From the sequence record ON075799: a stretch of 64,000 bases of DNA. One strand, 5' to 3'. A program made the translations under genes and the position numbers. This document shows positions 38,468 through 46,174 of this stretch, in pieces. Below the pieces are notes generated by a model. The model ran no database searches. It was not told the DNA's origin and saw only the letters and a list, made by a program, of their open reading frames with translations. The DNA is from Escherichia phage vB_EcoM_TH18. Each line of letters begins with the position of its first letter. Position 1 is the first letter of the stretch.

Positions 38468-38559
38468 TGGCGGTTCCTGAAGGATTCGAACCTTCGGTGG
38501 GGAGATTCATTCCCAACGGCTTAACAGGCCGTCACCATCGACCACTCGGTCAAAGAACC
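38468..38559 (-). tRNA. Class II (long variable arm) tRNA with anticodon GUU (Asn by anticodon)
   Basis: 92 nt; acceptor GGUUCUU/AGGAACC, D-arm with CCGAGUGG, anticodon arm ACGGC-CUGUUAA-GCCGU, 20-nt variable arm, T-arm GAAGG-UUCGAAU-CCUUC, G73, CCA. Confidence 0.6.
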
Positions 38560-38568
38560 TGAATATTT

Positions 38569-38645
38569 TGGTGGATCTGGTTGGGGTCGAACCAACAATC
38601 TCTCGATTAAAAGTCGAGTGACTTAAACCATTTGGCTACAAATCC
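38569..38645 (-). tRNA. tRNA-Lys (anticodon UUU)
   Basis: Acceptor GGAUUUG/CAGAUCC, anticodon arm CUCGA-CUUUUAA-UCGAG. Confidence 0.75.
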
Positions 38646-38878
38646 GTTAAATTATCTTTAAAATAGCTAATTACTCGCACATAATTAGCTATACGCAACA
38701 ACTCTCCAAGGAGAGCACACTAATGATCGATTACGATTATATGACTAAATTTAGACCATCATAAGTGTTTGGCTTACGCCAGTAAAGAGCGGACTGCTCT
38801 GGGGTATCGGTAAGATGGTTGCAGCCATCTACCGAAAAATCACACCAAGCAACTAAACAAGCTACATTAAAGATAACT

Positions 38879-38967
38879 TGGAGGAGGCTGACAGAATCGA
38901 ACTGTCACCATATCTCTACAGCGGGACTGGGTTCAAACCAGCTTGTGCACCATGCACCCCAGCCTCC
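38879..38967 (-). tRNA. tRNA-Ser (anticodon UGA), class II
   Basis: Acceptor GGAGGCU/AGCCUCC, anticodon arm GCUGG-UUUGAAC-CCAGU, long variable arm, T-arm GACAG-UUCGAUU-CUGUC. Confidence 0.7.
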
Positions 38968-39038
38968 AAAGATAGCCTCTGCCGAGGATATACACCCAAC
39001 AAAGGAGGCGCTCAGGTCAGAAGAAATCTGAGCCTTAA

Positions 39039-39132
39039 TGGAGGAAGATGCCAGACTTGAACTGGCACACCCATTTCTGGGTTACTATCTCCTTAGCAGG
39101 GAGATCCCTTACCAAATTAGGGTTAATCTTCC
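39039..39132 (-). tRNA. tRNA-Ser (anticodon GCU), class II
   Basis: Acceptor GGAAGAU/AUCUUCC, anticodon arm UCUCC-CUGCUAA-GGAGA, long variable arm, T-arm GCCAG-UUCAAGU-CUGGC. Confidence 0.7.
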
Positions 39133-39153
39133 AATACCTTAGTAATTAAAAAC

Positions 39154-39243
39154 TGGTGGAGAAGGAGAGAATCGAACTCTCAAGCCGTTTTACCAGTCAG
39201 CACATTTCCAATGTGCTTTCGTCGCCAATCGATTTGCTTCTCC
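39154..39243 (-). tRNA. tRNA-Ser (anticodon GGA), class II
   Basis: Acceptor GGAGAAG/CUUCUCC, anticodon arm GCACA-UUGGAAA-UGUGC, T-arm GAGAG-UUCGAUU-CUCUC; D-arm irregular. Confidence 0.65.
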
Positions 39244-39252
39244 GTTTTAACT

Positions 39253-39328
39253 TGGCAGGGGATGGTTGATTCGAACAACCGATCACGGGGTCAAAGCCCG
39301 TTGCATTAGGCCACTATGCTAATCCCCT
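39253..39328 (-). tRNA. tRNA-Gln (anticodon UUG)
   Basis: Acceptor AGGGGAU/AUCCCCU, D-stem GCAU/AUGC, anticodon arm ACGGG-CUUUGAC-CCCGU. Confidence 0.75.
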
Positions 39329-39331
39329 TTT

Positions 39332-39409
39332 GCACGAGAGTGAGGAATAGAACCTCTTAGTCACTGGTTTTGGAGGCCAGCCTTCACCCAGTGAAGTTAC
39401 GCTACTCTC
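39332..39409 (-). tRNA. tRNA-like remnant (probable pseudo-tRNA)
   Basis: Acceptor-like GAGAGU/ACUCUC and T-arm-like GAGG-UUCUAUU-CCUC, but no canonical anticodon arm. Confidence 0.2.
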
Positions 39410-39417
39410 ATTAAAAA

Positions 39418-39975
39418 CTATTTTCGAAAAGGACTTATGAAAAATGCCAACATCACTCTCTCTCTTGAAAAAGCTCTGTCTTCAGGAACCACACTCTTCA
39501 GTTTCCAACCGACATAAATTCGCCAGTAAAATTGTTTTCCAAACAATCTAAAAGACGGGACAAACGCGAATACACCCCACGCATTGTCATTCCACATCAA
39601 CAAATAGCCTTGTTGGTTATCCTCCACATCAGAGCTTACATGGAGGTTTCCTTTCCACTTTGTCACAGATGTGATTTCACGTCCAAGTACGTGATAGGAG
39701 AAATTGTAGGCTTTATTTCTCCACAACCAAGCAACTCGTTGTAGGTAAACACCAAAACTTCCTATTTTACGGACTTCTTCCCATCTCTCTATGTGTCCTC
39801 TATCACCGTCTATAGGATTATCATATGTCTCCATCCACCTGAAAATATAAGGCAGATGCCCTGTCTTCTCATTATAGAACGGAACAACAAAAGGAGCCAG
39901 AATAACACAGAGAACCGACATAACTGGGTCAAGAGGTGCTAACAGGATCCACGATAAATATTTTAAGTATCTCAT
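39418..39975 (-). CDS. Hypothetical membrane-associated protein (185 aa) embedded in tRNA cluster
   Basis: Hydrophobic N-terminal helix; Trp-rich. Confidence 0.35.
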   Translation of the reverse strand: MRYLKYLSWILLAPLDPVMSVLCVILAPFVVPFYNEKTGHLPYIFRWMETYDNPIDGDRGHIERWEEVRKIGSFGVYLQRVAWLWRNKAYNFSYHVLGREITSVTKWKGNLHVSSDVEDNQQGYLLMWNDNAWGVFAFVPSFRLFGKQFYWRIYVGWKLKSVVPEDRAFSRERVMLAFFISPFRK

Positions 39976-40327
39976 GCAGGATCAAGCCTAGATATAATGT
40001 ACTGGTTTAAATCTGAATATGGGAAGATACTTTCAAAGATAACCTGTTTAAATCTGAAGCCGCACAAACCGAAAAGTACCTTCTGACACTCACCAAAAGA
40101 GCAATCTTTACCAACTTTTATCACAACCGTATCGGCAATCTGCACACTTTCTATCTCTTTAGATTCATGATGCCGTACTATGATTACTTTAGAAACCATC
40201 ATACTCGTCCATATTAAAGCCTTCTACTAAAGATAGTAGATGTCTAGGGTTGGACCGCAAACGCAACCCCATGGAATTTGTTACGGTCTTCAGTTGACCC
40301 AAGCGGATTTCATTGACATCTTTTAAC

Positions 40328-40402
40328 TGGAGCATCCAGAGGGTATCGAACCCTCGACTTCAGCTTGGAAGGCTGTAGTTTTCCCAATTAAACTATGGAT
40401 GC
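40328..40402 (-). tRNA. tRNA-Gly (anticodon UCC)
   Basis: Acceptor GCAUCCA/UGGAUGC, anticodon loop CUUCCAA, T-arm GAGGG-UUCGAUA-CCCUC. Confidence 0.7.
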
Positions 40403-40407
40403 ATATT

Positions 40408-40483
40408 TGGTGGGAGTGGTAGGCTCTGCCCCTACGTCCTCTCGATTATCGGTCGAGCGATCTACTAACTGATCTACACTCCC
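40408..40483 (-). tRNA. tRNA-shaped gene, anticodon GAU (Ile by anticodon), with non-canonical D-, anticodon- and T-loops
   Basis: All four stems perfectly paired, but T-loop is GGCAGAG (no UUC), D-loop AGUUAGUA lacks GG, anticodon loop CCGAUAA has C33. Confidence 0.55.
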
Positions 40484-40551
40484 AAACTGTACTGGCCCAA
40501 CAACCACGATTGGAGGGTATCGTCACACATCAAAGCCAGTACAGTTTTAGT

Positions 40552-40641
40552 TGGTGTGCCGTGATAGAGTCGAACTACCCGAGTCCCTTTCGAGACAGGA
40601 GATTTACAGTCTCCCCCGCTACCCCTACGGTCTAACGACAC
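40552..40641 (-). tRNA. tRNA-Tyr (anticodon GUA), class II
   Basis: Acceptor GUGUCGU/ACGGCAC, anticodon arm GGAGA-CUGUAAA-UCUCC, long variable arm, A73. Confidence 0.7.
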
Positions 40642-40642
40642 A

Positions 40643-40990
40643 TTAACCTTGTTTGAATTGAACAATATCCGTCGAGAACGGTTTAGCTGCCTTAATAGGT
40701 GCTTTTTCTGAGTTATCTTTTTCGAGTAACTCTTCGTTTTCCTCATCAAAGTAATCAGAAAGCATCTGCTCACCTTTCTCAATAACATAACGAGCTATAT
40801 TTTCTCTGATATTGTCTTTTGTATTCACATTCTTCATCAAATCCCTAAGAACCTGATGAGCTTCAGGAATCATTGCAATCAGATTCGTTTTTAAATCTAG
40901 GATATTTTTCTCTAACTGAATTGCATTAGATTCCTCTTTCAGAGGACGACCTTTTCCTCTTCTACGTTTTGTAAGCTGCTTAGTAGCCAT
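40643..40990 (-). CDS. Hypothetical basic/acidic protein (115 aa from MATKQL…)
   Basis: ORF trimmed to Met downstream of a consensus sigma70 promoter; longer listed ORF would overlap tRNA-Cys. Confidence 0.4.
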   Translation of the reverse strand: MATKQLTKRRRGKGRPLKEESNAIQLEKNILDLKTNLIAMIPEAHQVLRDLMKNVNTKDNIRENIARYVIEKGEQMLSDYFDEENEELLEKDNSEKAPIKAAKPFSTDIVQFKQG

Positions 40991-41009
40991 TTTAAAACCC
41001 CACTTAATG

Positions 41010-41038
41010 ATATTATCAAATAAAAACATATCTGTCAA
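41010..41038 (-). promoter_or_regulatory. Consensus sigma70-like promoter on minus strand (TTGACA, 17-nt spacer, TAATAT)
   Basis: Minus-strand reading TTGACAgatatgtttttatttgaTAATAT, about 20 nt upstream of ATG at 40990. Confidence 0.55.
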
Positions 41039-41075
41039 GTGGTATTTTAACATATTTACCAAGAAATTGAAAGTT

Positions 41076-41152
41076 TGGAGCACGGTGTCGGACTTGAACC
41101 GACATATATCTGTTTTGCAGACAGATCCGTAACCAAATTCCAGCAACCGTGC
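41076..41152 (-). tRNA. tRNA-Cys (anticodon GCA)
   Basis: Acceptor GCACGGU/ACCGUGC, anticodon arm UCUGU-CUGCAAA-ACAGA, T-arm GUCGG-UUCAAGU-CCGAC. Confidence 0.7.
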
Positions 41153-41228
41153 AATAAGTACCCCAGGTAGAGAACCTATAGAGTGGGTCTTACGAGCCGC
41201 GCTGACGATTCTCAAGTTGGGGTTAATC

Positions 41229-41305
41229 TGGTCGAGGAGACAGGATTCGAACCTGTGACCTACGGCTTAGAAGGCCGCTGCTCTATCCAACTGAGCTACA
41301 CCCCG
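41229..41305 (-). tRNA. tRNA-Arg (anticodon UCU)
   Basis: D-arm GCUC-AGUUGGAUA-GAGC, anticodon arm GCGGC-CUUCUAA-GCCGU, T-arm ACAGG-UUCGAAU-CCUGU; acceptor has one U-U mismatch. Confidence 0.7.
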
Positions 41306-41505
41306 AAAATAAGAATGCTTTATAGTGTATGGTTACTCAACCTCACTCCAACTTCCACAGTTGGTGCTCTACGAGCATGACTACGTTTGAAATCAACGTT
41401 GCGCACCGATAGCTTTCTCACGCATTGTATGCCTCATTCCCAACAAATGCTGATCAGACATTTATATCGAATAATATAAGCTAATACACTATAAAACAAA
41501 CTTGT

Positions 41506-41602
41506 GGCTGGGTGATGGAATCGAACCACCTATGTATTCAACGGCTTCCCCGTCTATTTTCAGGATTATAAATCCTCGCCCTTGCCAAAGGGCTTACCCA
41601 GC
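41506..41602 (-). tRNA. Atypical 97-nt tRNA-like gene (possible anticodon UAU) with about 30-nt extra segment
   Basis: Canonical acceptor GCUGGGU/ACCCAGC, D-arm GCCC-UUUGGCAA-GGGC, T-arm GGUGG-UUCGAUU-CCAUC; anticodon region is a 4-bp stem with loop UUUAUAA followed by 30 extra nt; CCA not encoded. Confidence 0.35.
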
Positions 41603-41604
41603 AT

Positions 41605-41679
41605 TGGTGCTCGCAGCAGGTTTCGAACCTGCAACCCCCTGCTTACAAGGCAGGTGCTCTACCGTTGAGCTATACGAGC
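41605..41679 (-). tRNA. tRNA-Thr (anticodon UGU)
   Basis: Acceptor GCUCGUA/UGCGAGC, anticodon arm CCUGC-CUUGUAA-GCAGG, T-arm GCAGG-UUCGAAA-CCUGC. Confidence 0.75.
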
Positions 41680-42044
41680 AATAAGACATTGCTTCCGATT
41701 AACAGCCTTGAGGCTTTACAGACCATATCTTGTGAGCCATAACCTGTGCCAAGGATTTCAGATGATAAACGAAATTTTATCTTTCAAGAGTCAACTTTCA
41801 AGTTTCATCTTTTACATTTAACCATTGACCTTTATTGTATGAACTTTTACTTAGTGGAAACAACAAGGCATCTTCGTGTGCCTCGCTGCATCTATGTCCT
41901 GTATTATCCTCATACATATACGATACATGGTGGGGGATATTTAACCTCCAACCCCCAGGAGGCAAGATGATGTAAACTTCGTTAATCAAAAGCAATGTTT
42001 TAAATTTCAAAACAAAGGAACGATAATGATATTATCAGAGCCTT

Positions 42045-42692
42045 TTAGAGAGAGTGCTCAATCTCAATTTCTGTCTTAGCGTTTGACTCAGACAACGCAA
42101 AATCAACGTTAGACAAGAAATCTTCAATCTCTTCTTCAAGAGAACGAATCTTAGAAGCCAGTTCAAGAGGATCCACAACCGATGGTGTGTTCATCATTCG
42201 AATAGGAGCTTCCACAGTCTTAATCTGCTCTGCATCTGGCGCTTTATCACGTTGGATATATGGCGCTCTTGCATTTTCAAGTTTATCTTCCAGAGATTTT
42301 TCTTCTTTTGCCAGAAGAAGCTGTGCAGAAGCACGCTGTGCACAAAGTTTGTTTAACAACTCTTGTTTAAAGCAAATCGTCCGTTTGCGTTCGATTGCCT
42401 CAGCAACTGTCATAGACACATTACCAATTTTGACAATTGTCTCAGCATTAGACTTAACAATTTTTGCTTTCAGTTCATCACGCACTGCCAAGAGGTCTTG
42501 CAGACTTTGATAGTCGTTGATCGCAGATTTCTTAAAATCATCAACAGAGCCGATATAACCCGGAATCTTACAATTATTCTCAGTTCCTTTTGCAATCTTA
42601 ATACAATCAAGATTGTAGATACGCTTATTGATCTTATCTTCAATTTTAGAGATAGAAGCAAGTGCACGAGTTACGGAAATCTTAGTAGACAT
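42045..42692 (-). CDS. Hypothetical protein (215 aa)
   Basis: ORF with coiled-coil-like charged regions. Confidence 0.4.
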   Translation of the reverse strand: MSTKISVTRALASISKIEDKINKRIYNLDCIKIAKGTENNCKIPGYIGSVDDFKKSAINDYQSLQDLLAVRDELKAKIVKSNAETIVKIGNVSMTVAEAIERKRTICFKQELLNKLCAQRASAQLLLAKEEKSLEDKLENARAPYIQRDKAPDAEQIKTVEAPIRMMNTPSVVDPLELASKIRSLEEEIEDFLSNVDFALSESNAKTEIEIEHSL

Positions 42693-43033
42693 GCGATCTC
42701 TCCTATGTAAATCAGCTTTGATAAAGTAACTATCCAGAAAAACAAAAACTATGTCAAGAAAAATTTTAATCTTTTACAGCATCTTTTATAGAATCACAAA
42801 GATCTTGAACAACATCAGATGTCGGTGACAAAATCATCTCGTCGGCTGCTGCTATAGCATCTGATGCTAAATCAACAAACGGAGTTGTTACCGCAGAAGT
42901 CACTTCAACAGCCGTTATTGTTACTTCGCTTGCAATCTTAAGCAAAGATCCTATCATAATCTCAACCCTCCTGAATATCCGTGATTCCCTTTATTTAACG
43001 ACGCTGGCTCACGGTGGCACTCTCGTCAATAAA

Positions 43034-43357
43034 CTATTTTTTAGTTTTCTTACCGTTTTCTACAGAAATGCTTGTTTTCTGTTTCGCTTCTCGTTCGCGC
43101 TTTGTTTTCCCAGTGCGAATACGATATGAAGCAGAAATAACTTCACCACCAATGACACGAGACACAGATTCGTAATACATTTCAGTATTACCGTCTTCAT
43201 CTTTGCGTTTTTTCAGAACTGCTACAGTTTGCGTTTTACCACCAAGGCGCACATCGTGCGGTGCAGAATGTGTCTGCGTGGATTTTGATCCAAACTGAAA
43301 AGGTTGCTTTATCGCCTCGATAGCTGACACCTTTTTAGCAGACTGTTTCTTAGCCAT
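43034..43357 (-). CDS. Hypothetical basic protein (about 107 aa from MAKKQSAKK…)
   Basis: Lys/Arg-rich small protein. Confidence 0.4.
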   Translation of the reverse strand: MAKKQSAKKVSAIEAIKQPFQFGSKSTQTHSAPHDVRLGGKTQTVAVLKKRKDEDGNTEMYYESVSRVIGGEVISASYRIRTGKTKREREAKQKTSISVENGKKTKK

Positions 43358-43409
43358 TAAGTTTTCTCCTCCGAAAACAATAAACATAGTTTATTTCGTG
43401 TGCCACATT

Positions 43410-43486
43410 TGGTGGCCCCTGCTGGACTTGAACCAGCGACCAAGCGATTATGAGTCACCTGCTCTATCCAACTGAGCTAAGGGGCC
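43410..43486 (-). tRNA. tRNA-Met (anticodon CAU; elongator-type or lysidine-modified Ile2 not distinguishable)
   Basis: Acceptor GGCCCCU/AGGGGCC with G1-C72, anticodon loop CUCAUAA, T-arm GCUGG-UUCAAGU-CCAGC. Confidence 0.75.
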
Positions 43487-43818
43487 GAATCTCTTAATAT
43501 GAGATGATATTATCCTGTATGATCTACATTGTCAAGAGATATTTTAAAATTTTATACATCCCAGTTTTCTTCTTGATAACAACCTTCCCCGAATCCAACT
43601 TCTTTTTCAAAATCAATACCTTTTTTCATACATTCCTCACATTAACAGATATTGTTTTCAAACTCAAAACGTAAAATACGAACTCTGTCAATACACTGCT
43701 GTAATCTACAAAGCAACAACTCAACTTGTTTATGCGTCTCTTCAGTATACGTTTTGGTCATCTTGCTTTTCTCCGTGATCTTTTCATTGCAGCTTCTGCA
43801 CGTCTTTGTTTACGATTT

Positions 43819-44067
43819 TTAGATGGTTGTTCTAAGGATCCTGATAACGTACTTTGTTGTGCTAATCCCTTCGATGGGGTAGAAATAATATAATCCCCCT
43901 TCTTCACCGAACGATGCAATATATTTCCAGGATTCAATTCCAAAACCAGTTGTAGAAAAAGCGACATCATCCGCTTCTTCAAGCGCATCATCATGTGTTT
44001 TATGGAAAGACTCATGTTCTACGTACTCCCCGTTATCAGACTTAAGAACCATTTTTAATTTAAACAT
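43819..44067 (-). CDS. Hypothetical small protein (82 aa)
   Basis: Preferred over overlapping alternative-frame ORF 43758..44015 on composition. Confidence 0.3.
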   Translation of the reverse strand: MFKLKMVLKSDNGEYVEHESFHKTHDDALEEADDVAFSTTGFGIESWKYIASFGEEGGLYYFYPIEGISTTKYVIRILRTTI

Positions 44068-44135
44068 AACAAATCACCACTAATTTTATTTTTATCTTGT
44101 TATTAGATCTTATCAGTGGTGTTTATTTTTGTCAA

Positions 44136-44342
44136 TTAAACTATTCCAAAAGCCTTGACACCACGCTCGTATTCTGCTACTGCAAGCTCATGAGGAGAAA
44201 GGTCACATGAGGCATCCTTGCAAAGACCGACTTCGATGTAATGTTCTTCTAGTCCATCAAGGATATCTGGCTCCCACGCTTTTTTCATGTCTGGATGGAC
44301 TGATGCACGATTTCTATCGTACTTCGCTACGAGATTTCTCAA
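44136..44342 (-). CDS. Hypothetical small protein (68 aa)
   Basis: ORF with plausible SD. Confidence 0.35.
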   Translation of the reverse strand: MRNLVAKYDRNRASVHPDMKKAWEPDILDGLEEHYIEVGLCKDASCDLSPHELAVAEYERGVKAFGIV

Positions 44343-44395
44343 AACATTCTCCTCAAAATAAAAACCCCTCCATGTGGAGGGGAATGATTATGGTG

Positions 44396-46111
44396 TTAAA
44401 GCTGTGATAAGGCTCTTTGGCGAATTTCTTCAAGATCCTCATCCACAAGCAGCTTACCATTAACAAAAACTGTTCTAAGCTCGTTATCATGGTCAGATAC
44501 TTGGTTAATACCAAGATTATCTACCAGCTTCAACTCGCCATCATCACCACGAATAACTTTAACAAAACCTTTCGCAGATTTCTTCCCAAGATCAGTCTTA
44601 GGCTCTTTTACGACCATTACTTGTCTGCCATCAATCACAGCACCAGTAGCTTTTACAGCCATCCCAAGAGAATCACGGGTTGTATATTGCGTTGTATAAG
44701 ACCCTACACCAAACACAATGTTACTGGAAGCAAACCCTCGTTCTTCAAGGCGCTCAAAGATCTCTTTAGCACGGGAGATTGTGATAGAGTCTCCGTAGAT
44801 TAAACCAACATGGCTATCAAGAACTTTGTAACCCAAAGAGTTTACACTACCACCAAAGATTTCCCACAAGCATTGTACAGCACCCTTAACTTCCTCTTTT
44901 GTCAGATAATTTGTAAATTCATCACCTGTCAAAGATTTCCAATCTACGAGGTTGCCTTCCGAATCTCGCATCCATGAAGTGTCTCTGGACATCTCGTATA
45001 AAGTGACATATTTGCCATTTTTAAACAGCACAGCATCCATGTCACAGCACTGCCCCGTTGCCCATTCTTCCTGAGAGCACACGCGATAACCAGCAATGAT
45101 GTGCTCTGGGATCCCACTGTCAGGTCGGAAGACCAGCTTGCCATCACGAGACATAATCTCATCTTTCAGGATTTTTGCTGCCTGTGTAATGATTGCCCAA
45201 AAATCATAGCTGTCAGCGACGTATGAAGCATAACCTGATGGGAAAATCTCTGTCACATAACGCTTTAAGAACTCAACTTCAGCACGAAAACGTGCTTCAT
45301 CAAGCGGCATATCAGGATTTTCCTGCTGGATACGCTCAACAATAAAACCAATGTTCGTTGTCGCTACGCTATGCTCAGATGCGGGAATAGACCCAGCAAC
45401 AAAGCGACCTTTCATGTTGTAATAGCGATTTGCGTAAACAATCGCTGGAATTGTATCTGTGCCCATTGAGCTAATCAGTTGCCCAAATTCGCTCTGTGCT
45501 GCGTCATGTGTTCCAGCTTCACCACGGTATGCAAAACAATGGTTCTGGAAAGGAACATGATCGTTGTTATCACATGTTTTCTTTGCCCACAGTTCTGATA
45601 GTTTACGGTATTGCCAGAAAGTCGTTGCCGTGGTAATTGTCTTCCAAGTCTCCGATGAGATCACGCTCTCAAGGAAGTTCGGCAGCCAGTAAAAATCAGG
45701 ATGCGTGTTCTGAATCGTGAACATGGGAACCTGAACAGGAACAAGAGTTCCTTCAGGCAAAGCCCTAATTTCAATTGGGAGATAACCAAGGTCATGCAAT
45801 TTCTCAAAACCCCAAGTTTCAACAGCATCCTTCCCAATGCTCAAATCACAAATCTCTTTGTAATCCTGAATCGCCTTTTCTTTCGGTAAAGCGAAGAAAT
45901 TATTATTAAACATGTCGATCAGGAACCACTTGATAAATCCCTGAAGACCTGCAAACATCACACGATGGTCATCATCTGCAAAGTGTACAAAGTGTTTCAC
46001 ATTGCGTGGGGTCATGTTGTCTTGAACAAACTGTGAACGTCTATCGTACATCGAGATGTGACTTGGTTTATAAAAATCTGCGAACAGCAATGGACTTTCT
46101 TTGTGAAGCAT
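44396..46111 (-). CDS. Nicotinamide phosphoribosyltransferase-like protein (NAMPT family; possible Namat-type) (571 aa)
   Basis: Family assignment by overall recognition and size, not by a single diagnostic motif; immediately downstream of and co-oriented with PRPS-like gene. Confidence 0.6.
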   Translation of the reverse strand: MLHKESPLLFADFYKPSHISMYDRRSQFVQDNMTPRNVKHFVHFADDDHRVMFAGLQGFIKWFLIDMFNNNFFALPKEKAIQDYKEICDLSIGKDAVETWGFEKLHDLGYLPIEIRALPEGTLVPVQVPMFTIQNTHPDFYWLPNFLESVISSETWKTITTATTFWQYRKLSELWAKKTCDNNDHVPFQNHCFAYRGEAGTHDAAQSEFGQLISSMGTDTIPAIVYANRYYNMKGRFVAGSIPASEHSVATTNIGFIVERIQQENPDMPLDEARFRAEVEFLKRYVTEIFPSGYASYVADSYDFWAIITQAAKILKDEIMSRDGKLVFRPDSGIPEHIIAGYRVCSQEEWATGQCCDMDAVLFKNGKYVTLYEMSRDTSWMRDSEGNLVDWKSLTGDEFTNYLTKEEVKGAVQCLWEIFGGSVNSLGYKVLDSHVGLIYGDSITISRAKEIFERLEERGFASSNIVFGVGSYTTQYTTRDSLGMAVKATGAVIDGRQVMVVKEPKTDLGKKSAKGFVKVIRGDDGELKLVDNLGINQVSDHDNELRTVFVNGKLLVDEDLEEIRQRALSQL

Positions 46112-46174
46112 GATCTCAACCCTCCAACCTAAAAGCGTATTTTTTCACTAAAACGTATCTTTGTCAAGATGTAA

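Noticed and set aside
40474-40788. Minus-strand ORF (104 aa) overlapping tRNA-Tyr and the tRNA-shaped gene at 40408
   Set aside because: Reads through two tRNA-shaped genes; the downstream protein gene is better explained as starting at 40990.
41306-41505. Possible additional tRNA between tRNA-Arg and the atypical tRNA-like gene
   Set aside because: A short stretch resembles the 3-prime end of tRNA-Thr (tggtgctc…) but no T-arm or acceptor pairing could be folded; probably a decayed remnant.
43758-44015. Alternative-frame ORF (85 aa) overlapping 43819..44067
   Set aside because: Two overlapping frames on the same strand; kept the one with more protein-like composition, at low confidence.
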